A DNA stretch of 64,000 nt from an uncultured Gammaproteobacteria bacterium (GTDB lineage Bacteria > Patescibacteriota > Microgenomatia > UBA10105 > UBA927). The stretch spans positions 3,137 through 67,136 of the forward strand of contig CAZKLT010000004.1 of NCBI GenBank assembly GCA_964553825.1, read 5' to 3'. Each line of letters starts with the position of its first letter. Position 1 is the first letter of the stretch. Below the pieces are notes generated by a model that worked only from the letters and a program-made list of their open reading frames with translations, ran no database searches and had not been told where the DNA came from. Of the stretch, positions 1-8,642 are shown piece by piece. The position numbers were made by a program, and so were the translations under genes.

Positions 1-1091
1 CAGGTGGTGCGGCCAAAGTAAAGGAGTATCCAGAAGAAGAAAAGATACGCAAATGGTGCATATGCACCGGTAAGGGCGATCAGCGCACCCGCCAGGATCA
101 AATACGTGAGGACGGGAAGCCGTCCAAAATCAAACAGATCGCCGTTAAAGAGTCTGATAATGATTTCCTTGGCACCATAGGAATCAAATTTCCAAACAGG
201 ATCCCAGAATGAGATATTGTGGTAGTCACCATGGATAAGGATGGGCACGATCCAGTAGGCAAGGATGATCCCAACAGCCCCTAACAGAATACCAAGTCGT
301 ACGCCCATAGTTCCTAAGGGTGAAATCATACCCTTCCAATCCGAAAGCAGGATCGCGTGGAAGCAGGGTGCTATGGCAAGGGCGCCAATACTGAGAAACG
401 CCATAACGCCCAGGCCCAGGTGTCCACCCGTTGTTGCGGCAAGGAAAAAGATCGCCGGGATTGCCAGCGAGATTGGGTGTTTTTTTGTGATCGCGGAAGT
501 GAGATATCGATATGCATACGCGATGGCCAGAGGAAGCCAGATCATCGCAAACAGTTGGCTGCTGAGGCCATATCCGCGCCAGAGGAATGACGGCGGATCA
601 AGACCGTACAAGCCATCTGTTGATAGTTGGGAGGCGAGAAGTGCTCCGATACCCTGTGCCAGCGGCGAAAGTCCGATGACCCGAAGCGCAAGATAGACAG
701 AAACCGGAAACAGGCTTAAGAGAAGATAAATAATGATGTGGTAATACGAGTATAAGGAAAGTGCCGGGAGAAACACGTGTAAAAATCTCCATGTCGTCAC
801 GACGGCGATTTGCGGAATATGGGAATAGTAGTAGGGGAGATTATACCCCTCAGCCCAGTTGGGGACCCAATGGTCCACAAGGAGTGAAAGACCACAGAAT
901 GGCTTGAACGGCCATGAACAATTTTGTTGTGCATAGTCCCATATTTGGTTTGTCCGGTCAACGAGAGCGAATTGGAAGGTATTGTCATTTGGGTCTATGT
1001 GTGCCGTCGGTTCCAGACGATAGAGCCACAGGTTAAACGCTATGGAGGCGATAAGCAGTAGAAATGCCAAATAGTGATCCAATTTTCTCAT
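1..1091 (-). CDS. Polytopic membrane protein, GT-C-like (C-terminus beyond window start); start codon at 1089-1091
   Basis: Manual reverse-complement translation from 1091 downward gives an uninterrupted ORF (MRKLDHYLAFLLLIASIAFNLWLY...) with many hydrophobic helices; absent from ORF track because it runs off the window edge; same family flavour as other large membrane proteins here. Confidence 0.55.
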   Translation of the reverse strand, partial: MRKLDHYLAFLLLIASIAFNLWLYRLEPTAHIDPNDNTFQFALVDRTNQIWDYAQQNCSWPFKPFCGLSLLVDHWVPNWAEGYNLPYYYSHIPQIAVVTTWRFLHVFLPALSLYSYYHIIIYLLLSLFPVSVYLALRVIGLSPLAQGIGALLASQLSTDGLYGLDPPSFLWRGYGLSSQLFAMIWLPLAIAYAYRYLTSAITKKHPISLAIPAIFFLAATTGGHLGLGVMAFLSIGALAIAPCFHAILLSDWKGMISPLGTMGVRLGILLGAVGIILAYWIVPILIHGDYHNISFWDPVWKFDSYGAKEIIIRLFNGDLFDFGRLPVLTYLILAGALIALTGAYAPFAYLFFFWILLYFGRTT

Positions 1092-1101
1092 AGAATTTGT
1101 C

Positions 1102-1121
1102 ATTCCAGCGAACGCTGGAAT
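1102..1121. promoter_or_regulatory. Short palindrome/hairpin ATTCCAGCG-AA-CGCTGGAAT between GIY-YIG gene end and downstream membrane-protein start
   Basis: Perfect 9-nt inverted repeat read directly from sequence; no adjacent U-run so not a canonical intrinsic terminator. Confidence 0.3.
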
Positions 1122-1130
1122 CCACTACTT

Positions 1131-1442
1131 TCAAATAAGCGTTTCATACAAATCATCCCATGTAGGATTTCTCCCCACAATGAGATCTATTTTCCAATCA
1201 CGTTTCCACCATTTTAATTGTTTCTCCCTTTGAATTGCTGCAGTGACGTTTGTATAGATTTCATAATAAACGAGCCTATGAATTTTGTATTTTTTGGTGA
1301 ATCCTGACAGTAATTCATATTTATGTTGCACGAGTCTTCTTCCAAGGTTATTAGTAACACCGATGTATAACGTACCATTCCTTTTGTTTGCAAGAATATA
1401 TACAAAATAATGCTTGACCATATGACATGGATTCCGGATCAA
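1131..1442 (-). CDS. GIY-YIG nuclease family protein (small, stand-alone)
   Basis: YFVYILANKRNGTLYIGVTNNLGRRLVQH... matches GIY-YIG catalytic module (GxLYIG..T.NL.RR..EH-like); ~95 aa typical of stand-alone GIY-YIG proteins; true start probably internal Met (MVKHYFVYIL). Confidence 0.85.
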   Translation of the reverse strand: MIRNPCHMVKHYFVYILANKRNGTLYIGVTNNLGRRLVQHKYELLSGFTKKYKIHRLVYYEIYTNVTAAIQREKQLKWWKRDWKIDLIVGRNPTWDDLYETLI

Positions 1443-1460
1443 GCCCGGAATGACAGGGCA

Positions 1461-3299
1461 TTATGGATACAGATAGGTATTAAGCCAGTCTGCATGATCG
1501 TCGGTGTTCCCGTCCCCGCCATCGGTAACGACGAGTTCCAGCGTGTCCACCCCGGTAATGTCGATCTGTGCATGTCTTGGGTATTCAAATCGTTTCACCA
1601 GCGGTGACTGGAATAAGAGTTTCCCGTCGCCGTATACTTCAAACACGACGCTTCCCTGCGGGCCGCCATTGGTGTCTACCCCGTAGTCAGTTGAAAGCCG
1701 GGAGAATTTGCCGTTGATATGATACACATCCCGCGCCGGAGCATGCGTGCCGATGCCCGTGTGATAGAAGGCGTATTGGACGGAGAGGGGCGACCATTTA
1801 TCAAACCCAAATCCGGCATTGGCCGGCATATTTATCTGCCTGCTGCCGTATCCTGCCACCGCGCTCACGGGGGTGATGGTTGCCAGAGCTACCGGTTTTT
1901 TCCGGATAAGCGGCATATTGGCGCCAATGAGCGAGAGCACGAGCAGTGCAACGGTCGCCGGAAGCACCATTCCGGCAATTTTCGACGTTCGGACGAGGAA
2001 TCCAAGAAAGGTAAAGAAAAGTACGGTCAGTGCGAGCGAAGCGGTGATCGTAAGAAACGGAGTATTGAGGGCGGTAAGTATAGGAATGCCGTTTTTGGGA
2101 TAATTGACGATCAGCGCAGTGTGAAGGTTATAAAAATAGATGACGGTATAGGCGAGATAGAATGCAGAAAAGAGTTTGAGATTCCGAAGAGATTCCTGGT
2201 GGGATTTGGCAGACAGAAAAAAGCTTGCCCAAAGAAGCAGGAATATCGAGAGCGGAAACGCGTAGCGGTCATGGGATTGTGTTTGGAAAAGGAAAAAAGC
2301 GCTATTTACCACAATAAGCGATTCAAGAAACCCCTTCAGAAGGAAGGACTTGGCAGTTGTCCGTATGCCTTCCAGCCACTGTCTGACGGTCGTAAATAAG
2401 TACAATGAGCTGAAAACCCACAGGCCAACGGTTTTTGCATTTACCATGCCGATGGCCAGTACTTTATCGGATAAGCCCATACCGCGGGCGCCTGAGAATA
2501 TCCACCAGGGATTATAGGCATTGAGAGACAGCCAGGGGAAATAGTCGTAATTGCCGACAATGGAGGCCATAATGCGCCAGGATTGACGTGCAAGAATGAA
2601 TTCGAAATTGAGGCCGACAAATGCAGCAAGAGCACTTCCGACAGTTGTTACCAAGCCGGGAAGCCCATAGAGTTGCCACGCAAACAGGAAGAAGACCGGG
2701 CCATAGATCATGTTTTGGAGCTTCGTCATCATGGCTACCATATAAAATATGCCAGCCCACGCAAGCCGGCGTTCCAAAAGAAGGACGAGTGCGATAAGAA
2801 ACAGAAACACGCCGACACTGTCTATCTGTCCCCAGAGGGCGCCATCAATGAGGCTAATGGGACTCAGGAGATACACGATGCCGATAAGTTCCCAATAGGA
2901 AAGTTCCCAGAGGGTGAATGGTGCAACAGGAAAGCCAAGTCGCTTGGCGTTTTTCCCCATATAGAGGAATATTCCGAGAATCCCGAAATCTGCAGCAATC
3001 GGGAACAGCTTGGAGATGGTCAGAAAAAGGAGATTTGTATTTTTCCACATCTCATTGAAATTATGCGGGTCGGCAAACCACGTATAGATCCACACCATGA
3101 AGGCAAGGACGTAGGCAAACGGGGTAGGGTAGTTAAAGTTGGTGAGCGGGAGTCCTTCGATGACGCCATGATCGAGAACAGCCATGCCCCAGGATTTCCA
3201 GAACGATACATCCGCCTCAAAGCCGGGGTTAGGTATCAGGACAAGCCGGGCCAAAAATGCCAGACCCAGAAGAAGGTAAAAAAGAAGCGGCCGTTTCAT
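1461..3299 (-). CDS. Polytopic GT-C-like membrane protein with C-terminal NPCBM (NEW2) carbohydrate-binding domain
   Basis: N-terminal 2/3 has >10 predicted TM helices; the N-terminal loop has an acidic motif (FEADVSFWKSWG); C-terminal ~130 aa GSVVFEVYGDGKLLFQS...VDTLELVVTDGGDGNTDDHADWLN matches the conserved NPCBM signature (VFxVxGDGk...L.v.dagdg...DhadWadak). Confidence 0.7.
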   Translation of the reverse strand: MKRPLLFYLLLGLAFLARLVLIPNPGFEADVSFWKSWGMAVLDHGVIEGLPLTNFNYPTPFAYVLAFMVWIYTWFADPHNFNEMWKNTNLLFLTISKLFPIAADFGILGIFLYMGKNAKRLGFPVAPFTLWELSYWELIGIVYLLSPISLIDGALWGQIDSVGVFLFLIALVLLLERRLAWAGIFYMVAMMTKLQNMIYGPVFFLFAWQLYGLPGLVTTVGSALAAFVGLNFEFILARQSWRIMASIVGNYDYFPWLSLNAYNPWWIFSGARGMGLSDKVLAIGMVNAKTVGLWVFSSLYLFTTVRQWLEGIRTTAKSFLLKGFLESLIVVNSAFFLFQTQSHDRYAFPLSIFLLLWASFFLSAKSHQESLRNLKLFSAFYLAYTVIYFYNLHTALIVNYPKNGIPILTALNTPFLTITASLALTVLFFTFLGFLVRTSKIAGMVLPATVALLVLSLIGANMPLIRKKPVALATITPVSAVAGYGSRQINMPANAGFGFDKWSPLSVQYAFYHTGIGTHAPARDVYHINGKFSRLSTDYGVDTNGGPQGSVVFEVYGDGKLLFQSPLVKRFEYPRHAQIDITGVDTLELVVTDGGDGNTDDHADWLNTYLYP

Positions 3300-3946
3300 T
3301 GAGAATTCCAGGTAACCGAATCAACGATTGCGTCAAATGTCGCTTTGGGCAGGGGGCCATTGGCCAGATGAATCACATACTGACCGTCAGGGGACACAAT
3401 GAAGACATCATCGTTTGGTGTTTGACCTGCCGTGTTTTTGTATTTGGCTTTGTAGCCGGTCAGGCCGGCCGTGTTGGTAAATGCACTGATTTGGGAAACG
3501 CCGGTCAGGCCGCTAAACTGTTTCCACCAGGCTTCCACGTACGCGCGCTTGTTTCCCTTGAGATGTTTTTTCAATTCTTCCGTGCGGTTAAGATCGTCTA
3601 CCCCGATGAGGACATTTTGTTCCGGCGGCTGATTATTGATGGACAGTGCGTAGATATCATACGGATCATTGGGGAACGTGACGAGCTTCAGCGTGTCCGG
3701 GGCCTCAAAGGTATACGGATAGATACGTCCCTTTACCGTTACCTTTCCGTCAGACGACGGGACAATAATTGGTTGGGAGGCAGCGGGCTGCACGGTGGGT
3801 GTGACGCCCAGGTACGTCCCTCCCGCAGGAAGGACGATCGTGCCGGATTTTTGGAAGGCGAGATTGTGCTGAAAAACGACAAAAAGGATAAGACTCGCGC
3901 TTACCATGCAGGTGATAAGGAGGGTATTTTTCATGGGCCGGTTCAT
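3296..3946 (-). CDS. Hypothetical exported/membrane-anchored protein (N-terminal signal anchor)
   Basis: ORF with N-terminal hydrophobic helix (LLITCMVSASLILFVVF), ATGA stop/start overlap with upstream gene; no recognisable domain. Confidence 0.5.
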   Translation of the reverse strand: MNRPMKNTLLITCMVSASLILFVVFQHNLAFQKSGTIVLPAGGTYLGVTPTVQPAASQPIIVPSSDGKVTVKGRIYPYTFEAPDTLKLVTFPNDPYDIYALSINNQPPEQNVLIGVDDLNRTEELKKHLKGNKRAYVEAWWKQFSGLTGVSQISAFTNTAGLTGYKAKYKNTAGQTPNDDVFIVSPDGQYVIHLANGPLPKATFDAIVDSVTWNSQ

Positions 3947-4064
3947 TGTACCATAGCAAATTTTGGGCTATACTACGGGCTATTCGCTCTATGTATCCCA
4001 AAAGCGGGATGTCCAATATAGCGTTTGTAGCACATTGAAAGTATTGGGGACAAGGGGCCGGGAA

Positions 4065-4106
4065 GGCGGTGCAAAAACTATCATGCGTGATGGCTTTTGT
4101 GCCGCC
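4065..4106 (+). other. Extended RNA hairpin (12-bp stem incl. 2 GU, ~18 nt loop) in the region upstream of small membrane-protein genes
   Basis: GGCGGTGCAAAA ... TTTTGTGCCGCC inverted repeat read from sequence; weak U-rich tail (TTTA). Confidence 0.3.
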
Positions 4107-4180
4107 TTTAATGGTTCCCGTGAGACGGAGAGCGCAGACGTGTGTCGACGCTTGGCAAATACATTCGCCCGGAGGAAGCG

Positions 4181-4369
4181 ATGAAGACTGTACGGACAAG
4201 AGTGGGTAGAGTATTGGGATTCTTACTGTTTCTGGGAGGGGCAGGATCGCTGTGTTTTTCCATGGAATGGGCAACCGAGATAGGCAATGCAACGCCTATC
4301 GTCGCGAGTGTCATCATAGGACTCGTCGGTGCGTTTATGGCCATGGGCAAGCAAAAGCAGAATGTCTAA
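4181..4369 (+). CDS. Small two-TM membrane protein
   Basis: Internal Met preceded by GGAGG Shine-Dalgarno 7 nt upstream; two hydrophobic helices (VLGFLLFLGGAGSLCF; IVASVIIGLVGAFMAMG). Confidence 0.45.
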   Translation: MKTVRTRVGRVLGFLLFLGGAGSLCFSMEWATEIGNATPIVASVIIGLVGAFMAMGKQKQNV

Positions 4370-4375
4370 AACGCC

Positions 4376-4576
4376 ATGAATCGATTACGAGACGTACTGC
4401 AGGGACCACTGGCGCGAATATTTGGTTTCATCTGCTTTGTAACGAGTGCATGCGGGTGCTCGATTACGGCTGATATGACCGTGAATCACGGCGGCAGTTT
4501 CCTGCCGACACTGCTTCTGTTCATCCTTGCGATGATCAGCGGTGTTGTCATGCTGGGACCGCCACGCTCGTCATAA
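4376..4576 (+). CDS. Small two-TM membrane protein (same architecture as 4181..4369)
   Basis: Two hydrophobic helices (IFGFICFVTSACG; LLLFILAMISGVVMLG); tandem with preceding gene. Confidence 0.4.
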   Translation: MNRLRDVLQGPLARIFGFICFVTSACGCSITADMTVNHGGSFLPTLLLFILAMISGVVMLGPPRSS

Positions 4577-4714
4577 AGATAACCAAACCCACCCCAATGC
4601 AAGGCTCTAGAATACTGTAACTGGCGAGAGCCGGTGTTTTTTCCTCCCTTAAACACTCATAGCCGGTTACTTTTTTCCGTTGTCGATAACTCGCCTTCAT
4701 AGTAGACTAGACAG

Positions 4715-6394
4715 GTGAGAATTTCGAAAAAAAGCGTTGTCATTGGGCTTATTCTTTTTTTTGTCCTGTTTTCGTTTGCCCCGACGTTTTATGAGTGGCA
4801 TGCGCGCTTTCGCATTCATGACGATCGGTATTTTGAGCTGGTGCATAATTTTCCGACTGATTACAATCTCTACCTTTCCCGTATCCGGCAGGGGAAAGAG
4901 GGGGCCTGGCTGGCGACCGAAAAATATACCTCAGAACCGCATGCGGGCAGCTTGAGTCAGATTCTGTATGTAATTATCGGTAGACTTGCCCATTTTTCTC
5001 ATGTTCAGACGCCTTATGTCTGGTTTGCGTATCACGTTGCGCGTGCATTTTTTGCGGCACTGTTGCTGTTCGTCATTTGGAAGGTGTGCGAGTGGGCATT
5101 TGCCAAATCCGGTGAACCGTGGCAAATACTTGCGTTTCTATTGGTTGTGACTGCATCAACATGGCCCAAATTTGAGACGGTCGCCGGTTGGCCGCGGTTT
5201 GGAGGATATATGCCGTGGTACACCATGGCAGACAGTCTTCAGAGAACAACGTTTATGCCCCACGTGACCCTCGCCCAAGGACTTTTGGCGTTTATCATTC
5301 TGGTGTTCAGCGGCGGCGTTGTGACAAAAATTATTCCGGCCAACTGGGTGTTTCTCGGAGTTTTTGGTATTGTCCTTGGCATCGTATTTCCTCCGGGCCT
5401 CATGTTTCTGTATGGAGTTCTTGCGTTTGTGTCCGCAACTGAGCTTCTTATCGTGAAAAAGAAAAAAGGCTGGATACATGAATGGTTCGTCAGGGATTTT
5501 TACGGGAGACTCATATTTGGTATTCTGACCATCCCGACGTTTATCTATTACGCACTGCTTTTGGGGAAGTATCCGTGGAAACGACTCGTTGAATTTGACG
5601 TGCTGCACCCGACCAAATTCTCCTACATGGAATATTTTCTGGCTGTGGGCCCCGTGTTGCCGCTTGGGCTTATCGCCATCATCGTACTTCTGCTGGGGAA
5701 AAAGAAAGAGGCATGGGAACGGTTAAAATATTTCGTTATCTGGGTCGTGGCGTGGTTATTTTTTATGTTTCTGTTTAACCAGATACCCCAGCAATCACCG
5801 ACCCGGTTTACCCAGATGGCGCCGCATATTCCCTTGGGAATTCTTGCCGTGTGGCTCTTCACCCAACTGGCGGGGCGTTTCCGTCACGCGATGGTCGTGC
5901 CGATTGCCATCGTGTTTCTGGCGCTGGGAAGCATGGCATCTTCCTATATGTGGCTCAAGGATTTTGTGGATCACAAACTGCGGGCAACGCTGCCAATCGT
6001 GCCATCGGGAGCACAGGTGATGTATCCGATGCGGGAGATTATCGACGGACTAACCTGGCTTCAGATATATACGCCGAGAAAATCCGTGGTTCTCACCGCG
6101 ATGACGACCGGAAATTATGTCCCGGTCTACGCCGGCAATACGGCGTTTGTCGGTCATGCCAATACCGTGCAACTAGAAGAAAAACTCATAGCAGCCCAGC
6201 AGTTTTATGCAGGCCGTATGGGAACGCCTGAAGGTATGAAATGGCTTGCCGCCAATGGAATTTCGTATGTATTTTTCGGCTTTGAGGAGCGGGAATGGGC
6301 GCAGGGTGTTCAGGATCTTCGCAGCATCTATCCGGCCCTTGAGCTTGTGAACGAATCGCCCAATGTGAAGATATACAAAGTGCCGGGCAATTAG
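4715..6394 (+). CDS. Polytopic membrane protein (GT-C-like glycosyltransferase candidate) with C-terminal soluble domain; GTG start
   Basis: ~12 predicted TM helices followed by ~150 aa hydrophilic C-terminal region; sits in glycosyltransferase context. Confidence 0.55.
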   Translation: MRISKKSVVIGLILFFVLFSFAPTFYEWHARFRIHDDRYFELVHNFPTDYNLYLSRIRQGKEGAWLATEKYTSEPHAGSLSQILYVIIGRLAHFSHVQTPYVWFAYHVARAFFAALLLFVIWKVCEWAFAKSGEPWQILAFLLVVTASTWPKFETVAGWPRFGGYMPWYTMADSLQRTTFMPHVTLAQGLLAFIILVFSGGVVTKIIPANWVFLGVFGIVLGIVFPPGLMFLYGVLAFVSATELLIVKKKKGWIHEWFVRDFYGRLIFGILTIPTFIYYALLLGKYPWKRLVEFDVLHPTKFSYMEYFLAVGPVLPLGLIAIIVLLLGKKKEAWERLKYFVIWVVAWLFFMFLFNQIPQQSPTRFTQMAPHIPLGILAVWLFTQLAGRFRHAMVVPIAIVFLALGSMASSYMWLKDFVDHKLRATLPIVPSGAQVMYPMREIIDGLTWLQIYTPRKSVVLTAMTTGNYVPVYAGNTAFVGHANTVQLEEKLIAAQQFYAGRMGTPEGMKWLAANGISYVFFGFEEREWAQGVQDLRSIYPALELVNESPNVKIYKVPGN

Positions 6395-7095
6395 TTGGTT
6401 CTGAGGACCCGCTGTTGGATCCAGAGACGGAGCAATTCCCGAATCGTTATAAGAATCATAAGCGGATTGGCGCCCTTGGCGCGTCCGGTGGTGCGCGGGT
6501 AGTAGGGAACGGCCACTTCCGTGAATTTGTATCCGTTTTTCCAGGCTTTGTAGATGACCTCAGGTTCTATGAGCGCACTTCGGGGGACAGCCGTAATATC
6601 GATGGCGTTCAGCACCTGTCTGCGCCAGAGGATGCTTGTTGATATTTCCCGTAGTTGCACGCCGAACAATGTCCGATAGAGTGTGTGAAACACGTGGGAA
6701 TTGAGCTTGCGCATCCATGGCTCCGGATTGTTTTTGCGGTAGCCCACCACAACATCTGCATGATCGACTCTGTTGAGGAATAGTTCGCAGTCGGAAGCAT
6801 CGATTTGCCCGTCTGCGGGCAGGAGAAAAACGAGATCCTTGGAAGCCTTCGTATAGCAGGAGCGGATTGCCCCCGAAAATCCTTGGTTTTTCGGATGCCT
6901 GATAACTCTCAGTCCCTTATATTTCCTGGTTAAACCCGCCAGAATCCGCGGAGTTGCATCAGTCGATCCGTCGTCAACGACGAGTACTTCTGCGTTTGCG
7001 GCGAGCCGTTTTGCTGCGGCAAGAGCGGCCACGACGACGCGTTCGATTGAGCCCTCTTCGTTAAATGCCGGAATTGCGATGGTAAGGCTGTTCAT
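6391..7095 (-). CDS. GT2 family glycosyltransferase (polyprenyl-phosphate sugar transferase, DPM1/ArnC/GtrB-like)
   Basis: IAIPAFNEEGSIERVV...VVDDGSTD...; classic GT-A motifs incl. DDGS/DxD. Confidence 0.85.
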   Translation of the reverse strand: MNSLTIAIPAFNEEGSIERVVVAALAAAKRLAANAEVLVVDDGSTDATPRILAGLTRKYKGLRVIRHPKNQGFSGAIRSCYTKASKDLVFLLPADGQIDASDCELFLNRVDHADVVVGYRKNNPEPWMRKLNSHVFHTLYRTLFGVQLREISTSILWRRQVLNAIDITAVPRSALIEPEVIYKAWKNGYKFTEVAVPYYPRTTGRAKGANPLMILITIRELLRLWIQQRVLRTN

Positions 7096-7705
7096 GGATT
7101 TGATCGATTATAGCACGCAATTTTTGGGGAGCGGAAAGGATAATATCCGGGCAAAGCGCGCGCATGCGGGAGGCAGACAACAGCCCCCAGGATACGCCGA
7201 TGCTTGTGATGGAAAGCGCGCGGGCCGCGCCTACATCAGCGTCGGTATCTCCGACAACCGCAAGCGGCAGGGGAATAATCGTTGCAATAACCGGCGCTTT
7301 TTGGTCTCGCGGAGTCAGAACACGATGCTCGGGAAACCAGCGATCAAGACCAAGCGCCGCAAGCTGCGCCAGGAGTCTCATGCGCTGTTTGCGCAGTGTT
7401 ACCAGATAGGGCACATATTGACGAGAGATTTCCTCAATGGCGTGCACCATGCCGTCAAACGGTGTGTCAAGCGCAAGCAGTGCGGTGTCTTCAATGCGTG
7501 CACGGAAATGCGTAAGGAAGGCGTCTGATGCGGTATGCGGGATCGACCGCCCGTTTCGCCGTTTGGTCCAATACGATGTTCGGGACAGAGGGACATGTCC
7601 CATATCCGCAAGAATGGAACTATACAGTGTCCAGAAGCGACGATGAACATCCAAGATCGTTCCGTCCAGGTCAAATACTACTGCGGGGTGCGCATTTTCA
7701 GCCAT
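7061..7705 (-). CDS. HAD-superfamily hydrolase (phosphatase)
   Basis: N-terminal VVFDLDGTILD (DxDGT motif I), later VVGDTDADVGAARA (motif IV-like). Confidence 0.85.
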   Translation of the reverse strand: MAENAHPAVVFDLDGTILDVHRRFWTLYSSILADMGHVPLSRTSYWTKRRNGRSIPHTASDAFLTHFRARIEDTALLALDTPFDGMVHAIEEISRQYVPYLVTLRKQRMRLLAQLAALGLDRWFPEHRVLTPRDQKAPVIATIIPLPLAVVGDTDADVGAARALSITSIGVSWGLLSASRMRALCPDIILSAPQKLRAIIDQIHEQPYHRNSGI

Positions 7706-8544
7706 AGGATTTCTTCTTCTATGTTATCAGGGAAGATGTATCGTGGAACAAAGGAAAGTTCGCGGCGCGCGCGGGCGATTGAATACACGAGATCATGCCG
7801 CTTTATCCGGCTGGGGATGGTGTAAATCGGCAATAAAGGATTGATGCGGTCACGGATGATCCGGGCAGCTGCTCCCACGGTGATTGCATGTCCGGTGCCG
7901 ATACAAAACAGACCGTTCGCCCGTTTGTCTATGGCCAGAAGAATCGCCCGTGCCGCGTCCTCCTTATGCAGATAGTCGCGTCTATTTTCGGGATTTTTCA
8001 CTTCTATGGTTTCGCCGGCAACGGCACGCGAAATGAAATTGGGAATGGCACGCGAGATCATATCTCCCGGACCATACATGGGTGAAAATCTGAGGACTGC
8101 AGTAGGGATACCCACGGATGTTCCGGCTTTGAGTATCAGCTGTTCTGATTTGAGCTTGCTTTTGCCGTACCATGTCGTCGGATGAACCGGGGTACGCTCG
8201 GTAATTTTTTTCGTGCGGGGGATTCGTCCGTATACCTCAATCGTACTTGCATAGAGCAGACCTTTGGCGTGTTGGCCGAATACCGCGATGAGATTCTGTG
8301 TCATGCGCATATTGGCGCCGAAGAGCATTCCCGTATCTTCGACTGCCTTCCGGGGAACAACTGCGGCAAGATGTACGATATAGTCGATTGCCGGGAATGC
8401 GTTTCGTGCGCGCTTCAGGCTCGCTCGATTTAACAGATCAAACCGCGGCCGGCGAAGTTCCCATATGTGATACCCGTTCTTTTCCAAGAGGCGGGTAACC
8501 GAAGGTCCCAAAAATCCCGTGCTTCCGGTGAGAAGGATATTCAT
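7678..8544 (-). CDS. NAD-dependent sugar epimerase/dehydratase (SDR family)
   Basis: MNILLTGSTGFLGPSV Rossmann GxxGxxG; YGKSK catalytic YxxxK. Confidence 0.85.
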   Translation of the reverse strand: MNILLTGSTGFLGPSVTRLLEKNGYHIWELRRPRFDLLNRASLKRARNAFPAIDYIVHLAAVVPRKAVEDTGMLFGANMRMTQNLIAVFGQHAKGLLYASTIEVYGRIPRTKKITERTPVHPTTWYGKSKLKSEQLILKAGTSVGIPTAVLRFSPMYGPGDMISRAIPNFISRAVAGETIEVKNPENRRDYLHKEDAARAILLAIDKRANGLFCIGTGHAITVGAAARIIRDRINPLLPIYTIPSRIKRHDLVYSIARARRELSFVPRYIFPDNIEEEILWLKMRTPQ

Positions 8545-8558
8545 AACTGTTATATCGA

Positions 8559-8580
8559 TTTCTTTGATCGCGCAAAGAAA
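8559..8580. promoter_or_regulatory. Palindrome TTTCTTTG-ATCGCG-CAAAGAAA 14 nt upstream of epimerase start codon (copy 1 of recurring motif)
   Basis: Inverted repeat read from sequence; followed by GAAAGAAAGCGCGCC as in the other copies. Confidence 0.45.
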
Positions 8581-8642
8581 CGGATGAAAGAAAGCGCGCC
8601 CACAGCGAAGATGTCCCTATGGTTCATCGTTTTGGAACACCT

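Noticed and set aside
265-988. ORF-track entries 265..696(+), 357..590(+), 598..792(-), 797..988(-)
   Set aside because: All lie in alternative frames or the opposite strand of a long, uninterrupted minus-strand membrane-protein ORF (1..1091) that the track omits because it is truncated by the window edge. They are treated as spurious.
2395-2410. TACAATGAGCT sequence identical to the 16666 promoter-proximal sequence
   Set aside because: It lies deep inside the coding region of 1461..3299 on the non-coding strand, with no downstream ORF. It is regarded as coincidence.
1719-3302. Antisense ORFs 1719..2399(+) 226 aa and 2583..3302(+) 239 aa, rich in Lys/Arg/Glu
   Set aside because: They lie inside and opposite to the 612-aa GT-C/NPCBM gene. 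Their composition is charged and low-complexity, with no domain signal. They are typical antisense frames of a membrane-protein gene.
3257-4021. ORF 3257..4021(+) 254 aa
   Set aside because: Antisense to the better-supported 3296..3946(-) exported protein and partially overlapping the 1461..3299 gene. It has no recognisable features.
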